Source of the DNA: Malacoraja senta
Lineage: Eukaryota
Assembly (NCBI GenBank): GCA_038087875.1
Contig: JAXLNO010000388.1
Location: forward strand, 1 to 60,600
Reading direction: 5' to 3'
Length of the DNA stretch: 60,600 bases
The position numbers were made by a program, and so were the translations under genes. Below, piece after piece: positions 12,301 through 25,735 of the stretch (positions are counted from its first letter, which is position 1; the number at the start of each line of letters is the position of its first letter). Under the pieces are notes generated by a model. That model did no database searches, was not told where the DNA came from, and saw only the letters and a program-made list of their open reading frames with translations.

Positions 12301-13152
12301 TTAAGTCCAACACTATGGCACACAGAGACACAGGCAGATAGATATACAAGGGCCAAGAATCACTTTAAACATCATCTTAAGGGATCAAAGAGCAAGCAAG
12401 TTAGACCATGAGACATGGGAGCAGAATTAGGCCATTCATCATAGCTGATAAGTTTGCCCACCATCGAAGGGATCAAAAAGGCAGCCAGCATCACCAGAGA
12501 CCCACACCACCCTGGCCACGCTGCTACCATCGGGAAGAAGATAAACTGTGATGTCAGGAACAGCTTCTTCCCAAAAACCATCAAATAACATCTTGAACAC
12601 GACAACCTCCAAATAAGCTCCAAATTACACAGACCTGGGGGCATTGGTTTCATCTTTTCACTATTATTTTTGTTTGATTGATATATATATATATATATAT
12701 TTCAAAATATATACACATATGTACATATCATTGCCACTGTCTTGGTTAATGGGTATTTTTAAGGCAGAGATAGATTGATAGATCTACGTATAGGTTTGAA
12801 GAAGGGTTTCGGCCCGAAACGTTGCCTATTTCCTTCGCTCCATAGATGCTGCTGCACCCGCTGAGTTTCTCCAGCATTTTTGTGTACCTATAGATTGATA
12901 GATGCTTGATTAGTATATGTGTCAGGGGTTACGGGGAGAAGGCAGGAGAATGAGTTTGAGAGGGAGAGATAGATCAGCCATGATTGAATGGCGGAGTAGA
13001 CTTCATGGGCCGAATATATATATATATTCTGAAGAAGGGTCTCGACCCGAACCGTTGCCCATTCCTTCTGTCCAGAGATGCTGCCTCACCCGCTGAATTA
13101 CTCCAGCATTTTGTGTCTACCTTCGATTTAAACCAGCATCTGCAGTTCTTTC

Positions 13153-13184
<32 letters not shown>

Positions 13185-14174
13185 ATATATACTTTAAATG
13201 TATGAACACAGAGAAGCAGGACTGGGTGACAGGCAAGGGAATATATCGGAAAGAGATCAATAAAGAGGTTTGGGATTTGGGGGTGAATGAATGGTGGTCT
13301 ATGGATGATGGCAGAGGGGACACTGTGACTGACTGCATGGGCCAGGGAGAGGGAGGGGTATCTGTGCAAGGACGGAGGGGAGAAGGCAGTGAACTACACT
13401 GACAGCTGCCTGTGAAACACAACATGGGTACGTAACGTTTCAATGTGGTATTAAAGCAAGAAACAACAGGATGATTGAAACCCAATCACGTCAAACACAG
13501 GCTTATTCGGCACACATCACATCTGCCAGCCCGCTCACACACCTCACACCTCCAGCTTCCACGAGCCCACATGTAATCAGTGCACATAATCCTTGCATTA
13601 GTTTTATTTTCCAGCAGCTGTATTGTAAAAGGCTTCATAAAAGTATGACATCACTCTTTAGCCAGGGGGTGGTGAATCTATGGAATTCATTGCCACAGAT
13701 GGCTGCGGAGACCAAATCAGTGGATATTTTTTAAGGCAGAGAGATGTTAATTCTTCACGAAGACAGACACAAAACGCTGGAGTAACTCAGCGGGACAGGC
13801 AGCATCTCCGGAGAGAAGGAATGGGTGACGTTTCATCAGACTGAAGAAGGGTCTCGACCCGAAACGTCGCTCATTCCTTCTCTCCAGAGCTGCTGCCTGT
13901 CCCTCTGAGTTACTCCCGCATTTTGTGTCTATCTTTGGTTTAAACCAGCATCTGCACTTCCTTCCTACACGTGATTTCAGTCTCCTTTGACTCCCGGCCA
14001 AATTGGAAGTTGCTTCCTCATGGTCGTTAGCTCGGTTCCTGATGGACCTCAATAACTTGGCAAACCCACTTTTGAAAGGCAAAGGCAAGATTGGTGCAGG
14101 GAGTGGACGATCGCATCAACATAACGAGGATGCCCTTGATGTGGACCAGGGGAGGGAGAGATGGCTTGAAACAA

Positions 14175-14380
14175 TGAATGAATGAATTAATGAATGAATG
14201 AATGAAGATTTGTCACGGTGATATTCATTGTTTTGCACAGCCACGGTATGCAAACAGTCACCACACAAAGGGCGCGCGCAGAGTTACAAAATATCCCACG
14301 CCAGGCCCTCCATTGTTCACCCCCCCCCACGGTGGTTCCCCACCACTGTGTCCCCCACGGACAAGGGTGACCAACGGCCA
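14175..14380 (-). mobile_element. 3' end of a retroposon with a Rex1-like tail and (ATTC)n terminus
   Basis: Reverse complement ends GAATATCACCGTGACAAATCTTCATTCATTC. Confidence 0.45.
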
Positions 14381-14508
14381 AATAATGCTTCTTTCATCCA
14401 CTAACCAATTCCTTCCAATCCAGGTGCATTTAATCATCAACTGCTTGTAATCATCTTCAAAATCATTCAGTTGTTGAGCAAAACAACACAAGGTGCTGGA
14501 GAACTTCA

Positions 14509-14792
14509 GGGCGACACGGTGGCGCAGCGGTAGAGTTGCTGCCTTCCAGCGTTAGAGACCCGGGTTCAACCCTGACCTCGGTCTATACGTTCTCCCTGTG
14601 ACCACGTGGGTTTTCTCCGGCTTCCTCCCACACTCCAGAAACGTGCAGGTTTGCAGGTTAATTGGCCGGTAAAGGGTGTACAATTGTCCCCAGTGTGTGG
14701 GATTAGTGCTAGTGTACGGGGTGGTCGCTGGTCAGTGTGGGCTCCAGTGGGCTGAAGGACCTGTTTCCGCGCTGTATCTCTAAACTAAACTC
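14509..14792 (+). mobile_element. HE1-like V-SINE (internally deleted)
   Basis: GGTGGCGCAGCGGTAGAG head, tail CTGTATCTCTAAACTAAAC. Confidence 0.85.
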
Positions 14793-15087
14793 AACTCGGT
14801 GGGTCAAGCAACATCTCTGGAGAACATGGACAGGTAACATTTCAGGTCAGGACCCTTCCATCAGCCACTTCATACCACTCCCACCCGGCCCTGTTTGGCC
14901 GGCCCATTTCCCACAAAACCTTTCCTATCCATGTACCCGTCCAAGTGTCTCCTAAGTGTTATTAAACTTTTCAAACATTGAAGGATATTCAGAAACTCTG
15001 GTAGACTTGGAGAGATTTGACAGGCCGATTTTTTCAGCCCTCTCCTGAGAAAGGATTGGCCTACGTTCTACACCTGAATGTATCAAA

Positions 15088-15470
15088 TAGACAATGGACA
15101 ATAGGTGCAGGATTAGGCCATTCGGCCCTTCGAGCCAGCACCGCCATTCAATGTGATCATGGCTGATCATCCCCAATCAGTACCCCGTTCCTGCCTTCTC
15201 CCCATATCCCCTGACTCCGCTATCTTTAAGAGCCCTATCTAGCTCTCTCTTGAAAGTATCCAGAGAACCGGATTCCACCTCCCTCTGAGACAGAGAATTC
15301 CACACTCACAACTCTCTGTGTGAAAAAGTGTTTCCTAATCTCCGTTCTAAATGGCTTACCCCTTATTCTTAAGCAGTGGCCCCTGGTTCTGAACTCCCCC
15401 AACATCAGGAACATGTTTCCTGCCTCTAGACATGTTTCCTGTCCAAACCCTTAATAATCTTATATGTGTC
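15088..15470 (-). mobile_element. CR1-like LINE 3' fragment
   Basis: Reverse complement of end-of-ORF2 (..FFTQRVV..NSLSQR..) and tail with (CTATTGT)n. Confidence 0.85.
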
Positions 15471-15570
15471 AATATTCTACCATATGGACCCTGCCACCAC
15501 ACAAGGTCATTGGATCTAGGTCAACGAGGGCAACAAAGACATTGGCAGAGTCGCAAATGTTCTGTGCATT

Positions 15571-15876
15571 GTTTAGTTTAGAGATACAGCGCAGAAACAG
15601 GCCCTTCGGCCCATCGAGTCGGCGCCGACCAGCGATCCCCGCACACTAACACTGCCTTACACACACCAGGGACAATTTACATTTACACCAAGCCAATTAA
15701 CCTACAAACCTGTACGTCTTTGGAGTGTGGGAGGAAACCGAAGCACCTGGAGAAAACCCACGCAGGTCACGGGGAGAACGTACAAACTCCGTACAGACAG
15801 CGCCCGTAGTCAGGATCGAACCCGGGTCTCTGGCGCTGTGAGGCAGCAGCTCTACCCGCTGCGCCACCGTGCCGCC
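15571..15876 (-). mobile_element. HE1-like V-SINE, full length
   Basis: Intact A/B boxes, V-domain and tail. Confidence 0.9.
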
Positions 15877-15934
15877 TGTCTGACAGGAGTACATGCATCT
15901 GGAGCAACAATGGACCTCTCACCCTGACCTGAGA

Positions 15935-16110
15935 TGACGGCTATCTTTGATCAGACTTTATCTTGCACTAAACGTTATTCCCTTTATCCTGTATCTGTAC
16001 ACTGTGACGGCTCATTTGTAATCAGGTATTGTCTTTCCGCTGACTGGTTAGCACGCAGCAGAAGCTTTTCACTGTACCTCAGTACACGTGACAATAAACT
16101 AAACTGAACG
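15935..16110 (+). mobile_element. Rex1/Babar-like 3' UTR
   Basis: CTTTTCACTGTACCTCAGTACACGTGACAATAAACTAAAC, same as the UTR following Rex1 coding remnants at 33690-34100. Confidence 0.7.
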
Positions 16111-16544
16111 GAAGTGAACTGTCCGAGCTGGAAAACAGAACCATCAGACTTCGGTAACCAACAGAACTGGGAACTCACGTCGGGTTTAATATTAGGAACA
16201 ATGAAACCACCTGAAGTTACTTTATTTCCTGGTATGTAATTAATAATTGTCTACACGGCAAACACAAACTGCTGCATAACTATCAAGTGACATATACTGT
16301 AAGTGCTTTGTATATACAAGTGTTATGGTCACTAGAAAGCTGCAAGTCAGAATCCAGCCCTTCAGCCAATAATAATAAATAATAACAATATATTTTATTG
16401 TCATTGCACAGAGGTACAACGAGATTTGGTATGCAGCTTCCATCCGATGTCATAACTTAATTAACTACAAATGTAAACACCCAGAGAAACAACATTTAAA
16501 TAAACCCAGTAAAACAGTATAAAGTGTAATCAAGTCTTGTTCAT

Positions 16545-17540
16545 CAGTTCACAAGTTATAGGAGCAGAATTAGGCCATTCGGCCCATCAAGTCTACTCTG
16601 CCATTCAATCATGGCTGATCTATCTCTCCCTCCTAACCCCATTCTCCTGCCTTCTCCACATAACCCCTGACACCCGCACTAATATATCAATATGTTATCA
16701 CTGCCTTATCTATCAATCTATCTCTGCCTTAAATATATCCACTGACTTGGCCTCCACAGCCGTCTGTGGCAATGAATTCCACCGATTCATCACCCTCTGA
16801 CTAAAGAAATACCAAAGTAGACAAAAATGCTGGAGAAACTCAGCGGGTGAGGCAGCATCTATGGAGCGAAGGAATAGTCGGCCCGAAACGTCACCTATTT
16901 CCTTCGCTCCATAGATGCTGCCTCACCCGCTGAGTTTCTCCAGCATTTTTGTCTACCTTCGATTTTTCCCGCATCTACAGTTCTTTCTTAAACAAAGAAA
17001 TACCACCTCATCTCCTTTCTAAAGGAATGTCCTTTAATTCTGAGGCTGTGCCCTCTGGTCCAAGACTCTCCCACTAGTGGAAACATCCTCTCCACATCCA
17101 CTCTATCCAGGCCTTTCACTGTTTTCTCCATGCCGACATTATATCAATGCTTATTCTTCTCACATTCCCATCAACATTCCTCCTATTCTAACCATGTCTG
17201 AAGAAGGGTTTCGGCCCGAAACGTTGCCTATTTCCTTCGCTCCATAGATGCTGCTGCACCCGCTGAGTTTCTCCAGCACTTTTGTCTACCTTTGGTGTAA
17301 GTTAAAGTCTGACTAGACGTAGGTACACAAAAATGCTGGAGAAACTCAGCGGGTGCAGCAGCATCTATGGAGCGAAGGAAATAGGCAACGTTTCGGGCCG
17401 AAACCCTGCCTATTACCAGAAGGGTTTCGAGACGAAACGTTGCCTATTTCCTTCGCTCCATAGATGCTGCCTCACCCACTGAGTTTCTCCAGCACTTTTG
17501 TCCACCTTCGATTTTCCAGCATCTGCAGTTCCTTCTTAAA
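16545..17540. mobile_element. CR1-like fragment (minus strand) interrupted and followed by Penelope pLTR inverted pairs
   Basis: CR1 continues across 16810-16995; a hammerhead-like core lies at 17198-17225. Confidence 0.7.
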
Positions 17541-17957
17541 AACTCATATTCTAACCTCCACCTACACACGAGCAAAGTGGAACATCCAATGAACCTACAT
17601 CTTTGGGATGTGGGAGGAAGCTGGAGCTCCCGGAGAAAACCCACGCAGGTCCCAGGGAGAACGTGCAAAACATGCACAGAGCCCGAGGTCAGGACCGAAC
17701 CCAGCTCTCTGGCGCTGTGAAGCAGTGGCTCCGTCAGCTGCGTCAGTCATTATTAATTAATACTTCTTGTTATTATTTATAGGATTAATTGGAATACAAT
17801 GGATCCAATTTTTGCTGCTTATTACTAAATATTACTTTAATGTAGTAGTGATTGGCATGGATATTGTGGGCCAAAGGGCCTTCTCTTGTGCTGGACTGTT
17901 TTATGATAATTGTCTATGTATGTGTGTGTTATTGCATGTTGATTGATTGATTGATTG

Positions 17958-18258
17958 AAAGATGCAGCATGGAAACAGGCCCTTCAGCCCATCGAGTCCA
18001 TGCCGACCATTGATATCCCGTTCGCAATAGTTCTATGTTATCCCACTTTCCCATCTATTCCCTACACACTAGGGGCAATTTACAGATGGGCCAATCAACC
18101 TACAAACCCGCACGTCTTTGGAGTGTGGGAGGAAACCGGAGCACCCGGAGAAAACCCACCAGGTCACGGGGAGAATGTGCAAACTCCACACAGACAGCAG
18201 CCGAGGTCAGGATTGAAACCCAGGTCTCTGGCGCTGTGAGGCAGCAGCACTACCCGCT
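17958..18258 (-). mobile_element. HE1-like V-SINE (second subfamily)
   Basis: V-domain, tail and TAGTTCTATGTTATCCCACTTT variant region. Confidence 0.8.
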
Positions 18259-18449
18259 GTTTATTTGTGCCCTTGAATTCTGAGTACATCACAAATGTAC
18301 CAATCACAAGTCAGGCAGATATTTCATCTTCTCTAAGGTAATGCAGAACATGTTTATGAATCACCTATATTTGCCAATCACTTTCTTTAATGCAACAGGC
18401 AAAAAAAAAAAATCTCCAGGGAAAGATATCAGGAAGAATTAGCAACACT

Positions 18450-18648
18450 GGACATTTTAGTGCCTTCCCTCACAGTGGAGAGTGTAGATTCTACTGTGGG
18501 GGGGATGTTCGTGTTGAATTTCTTATAGTGTGTTGTCATTTTTTTCTACCTCTTTTTATTATTTGTATGGATAGTCTTCCCTGTAAAGCACTTTGGCTTT
18601 TGATTGAAATCGACTGAAAAGTGGTATATAAATAAACTTACTCTACTC
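18450..18648 (+). mobile_element. Short retroposon 3' end: conserved hairpin plus L2-like tail
   Basis: Hairpin TCCCTCACAGTGGA/TCTACTGTGGGGG; tail TGTAAAGCACTTTGG...GAAAAGTGGTATATAAATAAA. Confidence 0.5.
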
Positions 18649-18659
18649 TACACGACAGA

Positions 18660-19125
18660 AACCCTTGCATCCCTTCCCTCCCAGTCCCTTCCCACACAAA
18701 CCACCCCCTCCCCAGGTACCATCCCCTGCAACCACAGGAGATGCAACACCTGTCCTTATACCTCCTCCCTCGACTCTGTCCAGGGACCCCGACAGTCCTT
18801 TCAGGTTAGGCAGAGGTTCACTTGCGCCTCCTCCAACCTCATCTACTGCATCCGTTATTCATGATGTGGACTCTTCTACATCGGCGAGACCAAACATAGA
18901 CTGGGCGATCGTTTCGCTGAACATCATCGCTCAGTCCGCCTGGACCTACCTGAACCCTCAGTTGCCAAACATTTTAATTCCCATTCCCACACTGACCTCT
19001 CTGTCCTGGGCCTCCTCCATTGTCAGAGTGAGGCCCAGTGCAAATTGGAGGAACAGCCCCTCATATTTCGCTTGGGCAGCTTACAGCCCAACGGTATGAA
19101 CATTGACTTCTCTAACTTCAAGTAA
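18660..19125 (+). pseudogene. Penelope-like retroelement GIY-YIG endonuclease remnant
   Basis: Translates PGTIPCNHRRCNTCPY...FTCASSNLIYCIRYS*CGLFYIGETKHRLGDRFAEH...KLEEQPLIFRLGSLQPNGMNIDFSNFK*. Shows the Cys cluster and IY/YIG motifs, with an in-frame stop. Confidence 0.9.
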
Positions 19126-19197
19126 CCCTTGCATCCTCTCTCTCTCTCTGTTCCTCCCCCATCCAATCATTGTAATAGTTTCAAAGTCGTCTTGTTA

Positions 19198-19532
19198 AAG
19201 GGCCTGTCCCACTGTACGAGGCCATTCAAGAGATCTCCCGAGTTCTCCCCTGATTCGAGCTCGTGTAATGGACGTAGCTGGTACGTAGGGGCTCGTACTA
19301 GTAAAAAATAACCATTTTATTCATCACGAGTATTTTTTTACTCGTGGACATTTTTCAGTGTTGAAAAAACATCACGTGTTTACCGGATTTCCCGAGTACC
19401 TACCGTTGCTCGTACGAGCCGCTACGTGACTTCCACAAGCTCCTACGTACCCGCTACGTACATTACACGAGCTCGAATCAGGGGAGAACTCGGGAGAATT
19501 CTTGAATGACCTCGTACAGTGGGACAGGCCCT
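19198..19532. mobile_element. PIF/Harbinger-like MITE
   Basis: Long TIRs AGGGCCTGTCCCACTGTACGAG.../...CTCGTACAGTGGGACAGGCCCT (about 80 bp, imperfect). TTA duplication restores the host Penelope sequence CTTG-TTA-GTCTC. Confidence 0.85.
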
Positions 19533-19611
19533 TTAGTCTCATTATCTGTAACTCGTTCTCACCGAGCCCACAGCTAACAATGGCCTGTTTCCTTCACCAG
19601 TGATACTATTT

Positions 19612-20442
19612 TTGTCTTTTGTCTGTCTTTTTAATTTTTTTTTGTTTAGTTTGAGTTTTGTATAGTGGTTTATTTATTTATTTTTTTATTTTTTTATTTT
19701 TTAACTAGGTATGTGTGGGGGGCGGGGGGTGGGGGTGGGGAAACTTTTAAAATCTTTTCCCTGTATGGAGGACCCGACCTTTCTCTGTCGGGTCTCCGTT
19801 GTCGTTGGGGCCCAGCACCGTGGAGCGGCCTCCAACCGGAACGACCTGGGGCTCCAGTCGCGGAGCCTGCGGACTACTCACCATCGTGGAGCTGGCCGAG
19901 TTCGGAGCGGGAGGAGCTGTGGTGGCGCGCGGCTGCGACCCGACCCCGGAGATTCGGAGGCTCCAGCCGCAGGTCTGGTGGACGGTGACATCGGGAGCTC
20001 GCGGGTCCATGGTGGGAGACCGCTTTTCGGGGCTCCCGCAACGGCAGCTACTCCCGCCCGAGTTGCGGGGTTGAGGATAACCTGGAGCGGGGTCTGGCAT
20101 CGCCCGGCACGACATTGGTGGCCGTGGGACTTGCTAGCGCTACCGGGGCTACAACATCAAGACCCGGAGCGTGGCCTTGCATCGCCCGGCGCGGCTTTAA
20201 TGGCCACGGGACATATCTACAATCGCCCGCCGGGGGCTCTGACTCTGACATCGGGAGGAGAATGGGGAGTGCAGGGGGGAGATAAGACTTTGCCTTCCAT
20301 CACAGTGAGGAGGAGATTCGCTGTGATGGATGTTTGTGTAAATTGTGTTGTGTCTTGGTTCTTTTTACTTGTTTGTATGACTGCAGAAACAGAATTTCGT
20401 TTGAACTCAGGTTCAAATGACAACAAATAAATATCTATCTAT
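19612..20442 (+). mobile_element. GC/CpG-rich non-autonomous retroposon with Rex1-like tail and (TATC)n end
   Basis: Interrupts the Penelope 3' region. CTATTT duplication at 19606-19611 and 20443-20448. Tail GAATTTCGTT...AATGACAACAAATAAA(TATC)n. Confidence 0.65.
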
Positions 20443-20444
20443 CT

Positions 20445-20658
20445 ATTTAGCATATCTTCCATTCATTTGGTCAACATCTCTCCACATCACCATGGAGTTC
20501 TTGTTTCCCCTTCCCCTGACTCTCAGTCTGAAGAAGGGTCTCGACCCAAAACGTCACCCATTCCTTCTCTCCAGAGATGCTGCCTGACCTGCTGAGTCAC
20601 TCCAGCATTTTGTGTCTATCTTTGGTTTAAACCAGCACCTGCAGTTCCTTCCTACACC
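20445..20658 (+). mobile_element. Continuation of the Penelope 3' region and pLTR begun at 18660
   Basis: CCCCTGACTCTCAGTCTGAAGAAGGGTCTCGACCC...GCAGTTCCTTCCTACAC. Confidence 0.75.
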
Positions 20659-20881
20659 TTGCGATAGTGTAGCCTGTGTAAACGCAACCCTAGACCTGGG
20701 ACCCATGCCTGATTGTAATGTGACATTAAAACTTGGCATCCTTGTCCATTGTTCATGGATTTGCCAAACAGTAGCCCACTCTGCAAAGAAATTAGTTGAG
20801 TTTCGTTTAGTTTAGAGAACTAGCCCACCCAGTCCGCACCGACCAGCGATCCCCGCACACTAACACTATCCTACACACACT

Positions 20882-21016
20882 TCTTCTACATGTTGCGTAT
20901 GGCGTGCACAGCCTAAAGTTATAGGTCAACTTGTTCTATTTGATCTATTTGTCGGGTTGATTGCATTAGTCGAACCAGGGTGGGTGGACCATGTGAAGGT
21001 TGCAATCTCCCATCCA
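20882..21016 (-). mobile_element. 135-bp SINE-like retroposon (possibly Ingi/Vingi-mobilised)
   Basis: Exact 12-bp TSD at 20870-20881 and 21017-21028. Minus-strand 3' end GCACGCCATACGCAACATGTAGAAGA. No Pol III boxes. Confidence 0.75.
20959..21016 (-). ncRNA. Putative minimal HDV-like self-cleaving ribozyme (degenerate copy)
   Basis: UGGAUGG(P1) GA GAUUGCA(P2) ACC(P3) UUCACAU(L3) GGU(P3') CCACCCA(P1') CCCU GG UUCGA CUAA(J4/2) UGCAAUC(P2'). Confidence 0.65.
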
Positions 21017-22166
21017 CCTACACACACTGGGGACAATTTACATATATACCAAGCCAAATAACCTACAAACATGTACGTCTTTGGAGTGTGGGAGGAAACC
21101 GGAGCACCCGGAGAAAACCCACGCAGGTCACGGGGAGAACGTACAAACTCCGTACAGACAGCACCCGTAGTCAGGATCGATCCCGGGTCTCTGGCGCTGT
21201 GAGGCAGCAGCTCTACCCGCTGCGCCACCGTGCCACCCACTGACCATAAAACACTCTTGAGAATTTAATTCCAATTAATCTGACTATTTTGCAACGTTTC
21301 CCCGGCCTTCAAAGGACCAAAACCCCCCAAATAAGTACACGTTAAGGGAATGTTTGGTTGAAATTAAGCCAGTCATCTTTCTGTGTATGTTTTTATGAAA
21401 TGCAGCTTGTAGAACATGTTGAACATTCTCCACGTCTCTCATTGTTAGCTCAGCGGGGAGCTGAGAGCTCAGGTCCAAGGCTCGAACTTTCACCTCAAAG
21501 CTGGGTGGAGAGGTTGCAAATTTCCCCACCCCCCGAGCTCCCACAAAAATAATGATGGGTCTTGTGGGAATCTGATTCATAAGTTTCAAACTTCTTAGTT
21601 TCAGCACAAGTTACAAGGCTCACAACTGACACCCCCTTAATAGCGAGAGGAAAAACTTAGCCGAACATCTCACAAGAAAAATGTAATATTTATGGCAGAT
21701 CCAGTTTGAGAAATCCTGAATCATTTATCATCAACTCAGGAGATTAAGACATAGTGCAGAAATATTCTTCACCGTATGGAAGGTTTCAAGCAGGCTGGTG
21801 GGGTTGAGGGAATGTGGATCAAGATGGAATAAGCATGCTATCTCGTACATTTTAAAACGCTTAGCCAAGAGTGAGAGGGGATCGGAGTCTGTGAAACCAT
21901 TTTGTTAACACCCATGTTTTAAATATACACACAGCGTTGTTTCTGAAGCTTTCTCCACCTCTCAACTCCAGCGTTTTTGGCATTCGAGCGACAGGAAATT
22001 CCTAATGATCTTCATCATGCACTTAAGGGGAAAAAAAACTATTTCCTGCCAAGTCTACCCTTAAGGACATATGTTGAACGTTCCGTGTGTTCGCAATCCA
22101 CCCAACCTTCCCCCATCTGTAGCCTTTCCACACTGGGAAAACTAGCTTGTTCACAAAGGGCTCGAG

Positions 22167-22180
22167 CACACACAGACACA

Positions 22181-22220
<40 letters not shown>

Positions 22221-22374
22221 GACACATGCACACACACACACACAGACACACGCGCACACACGCGCACACACACACACACACACGCACACACACACACACA
22301 CACACACAGACACACGCACACACACACACACCGACACATGCACACACACACACACACACACACAGACACACACA

Positions 22375-22423
<49 letters not shown>

Positions 22424-22654
22424 CCACACACACACACACACACACCGACACATGCACACACACACACACACAGACACACACACACACACACACCGACACA
22501 TACACACACACACACACAGACACACGCACACGCATACACACAGACACACACACAGACACACGCACACACACACACACATTTTCATACACACACACACACA
22601 CACCGACACATGCACACACACACACAGACACACGCACACAGACACACGCACACG

Positions 22655-22693
<39 letters not shown>

Positions 22694-22800
22694 ACACACA
22701 CAGACGCACACACAGACACACACAGTTTCTCACACACACACAGGCGCACACACGCACACACACACACAGACGCACACACATTTCCACAGATACACGCACA
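22167..22800. repeat. Compound (CA)n microsatellite
   Basis: Direct inspection. Confidence 0.95.
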
Positions 22801-23295
22801 GCCCCTTCTCAGAGCAACAGCCATTTTTTATTATCTCAGGTTGTCATTTAAAGATTTAAGCAGCTTTCATGTTTGCTGCTATTTCCTCTTGGCTGCGGGC
22901 CAGGCAGAGAGGCTGTCAGCTTCCCTGCTGGGCCTGGTGTCACGTGTTGGTGAAGGAGTGGAGTACTTTGCTGCCTGGCACCGCACAGTCACAGGAGACT
23001 GACAGCCCTCCCCAATACTCCACAGTGCCCGGCACTCACTGTTCCCCAACAGAGGCAGGCTGTTCTCACAGCCCAGTCCCGACAATCTAACTTTGTCCAC
23101 ACAAACATCAAGCAAAATTAAACACACACCACCATGTCTCTCTACGGAGGAGGAATTTAATTGATCCCAGACAGAATTGCAGTCTCTTTCTCTGCACTGT
23201 TCACCTTCTTTGTAAGGAGAAGTACAAGACCACAGGGACTAGAAACCCACGGCACGCACGCTGGAACAGAATGTGTCAAGGGAGGGGGGGGGGGG

Positions 23296-24770
<1,475 letters not shown>

Positions 24771-24925
24771 GACCACACCAGGTCAGTCACGCTGCCCCCA
24801 TTCCTGGTCTAGTCTCCACACTGAGCTTGACGCTGAACTACAAGCTGGCGCCTGGAGCCGCCCGCCTGCTCCCCACACTGACCATGTATACCCGGGTGGG
24901 CAAGAGCAACACTGAGCTCCAGTCA

Positions 24926-24943
24926 ACACACACACACACACAC

Positions 24944-24982
<39 letters not shown>

Positions 24983-25057
24983 CACACACGCTCACACACA
25001 CTCACACACGCTCACAAACACACAAATGGGCACACACACACACAAGCACACACACAG

Positions 25058-25089
<32 letters not shown>

Positions 25090-25119
25090 ACACTCACACA
25101 CACACACACACACAGACAT

Positions 25120-25161
<42 letters not shown>

Positions 25162-25277
25162 ACACTCACACACACACACACACACAGACATGCACACACA
25201 CGCGCACGCACACACACACGCACACACACACACACACACAAGCACACACACAGACACACACACACACACACACACAC
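24926..25277. repeat. Compound (CA)n microsatellite
   Basis: Direct inspection. Confidence 0.95.
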
Positions 25278-25380
25278 TATAAATGTTGCCACAGACCTGT
25301 TCATGGAATGTGCCTGACTGCAGCGAAGGACCAAAGCCAACCCACCCCCACCTATCACAACATCAAAGCACCTTCCTGCA

Positions 25381-25735
25381 GGAAGCAAACTGCACATGCT
25401 GGTTTACCACCGAAGACAGACACAAATGCTGGACAGGCAGCATCTCTGGAGAGAAGGAATAGGTGACATTTCGGGTCGAGACCCCTTCTTCAGACTGAAA
25501 GTCGGGAGAGCAGGGAACGAGAGATATAACGATACTCAGGACAAATGAATGGAAGATATGCTAAGATATGATAATCAAGGAAATGTGAAGCCCACAATGC
25601 TCCATTGTTGGCTGTGGGATAGGAGATAATGAGTTATACAGACAGTGGAACTCATGAGGACAATTGTCAAACTAGTACGATGACAAGGGAGGGGACAGGG
25701 TGGAGAGAGAGGATGCAAGAGTTACCTCAAGTTTA
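25381..25735 (-). mobile_element. Penelope-like pLTR and 3' region
   Basis: CCTTCTTCAGACTGA followed by the reverse complement of the 3' region seen at 19130-19600. Confidence 0.65.

Larger units (their letters stand above)
20800..21238 (-). mobile_element. HE1-like V-SINE interrupted by a 135-bp insertion
   Basis: SINE sequence resumes after the 12-bp duplication CCTACACACACT. Confidence 0.85.

Noticed and set aside
19711..20430. 239-aa ORF
   Set aside because: It lies within a GC-rich retroposon, has no recognisable domain and overlaps ORFs in several frames.
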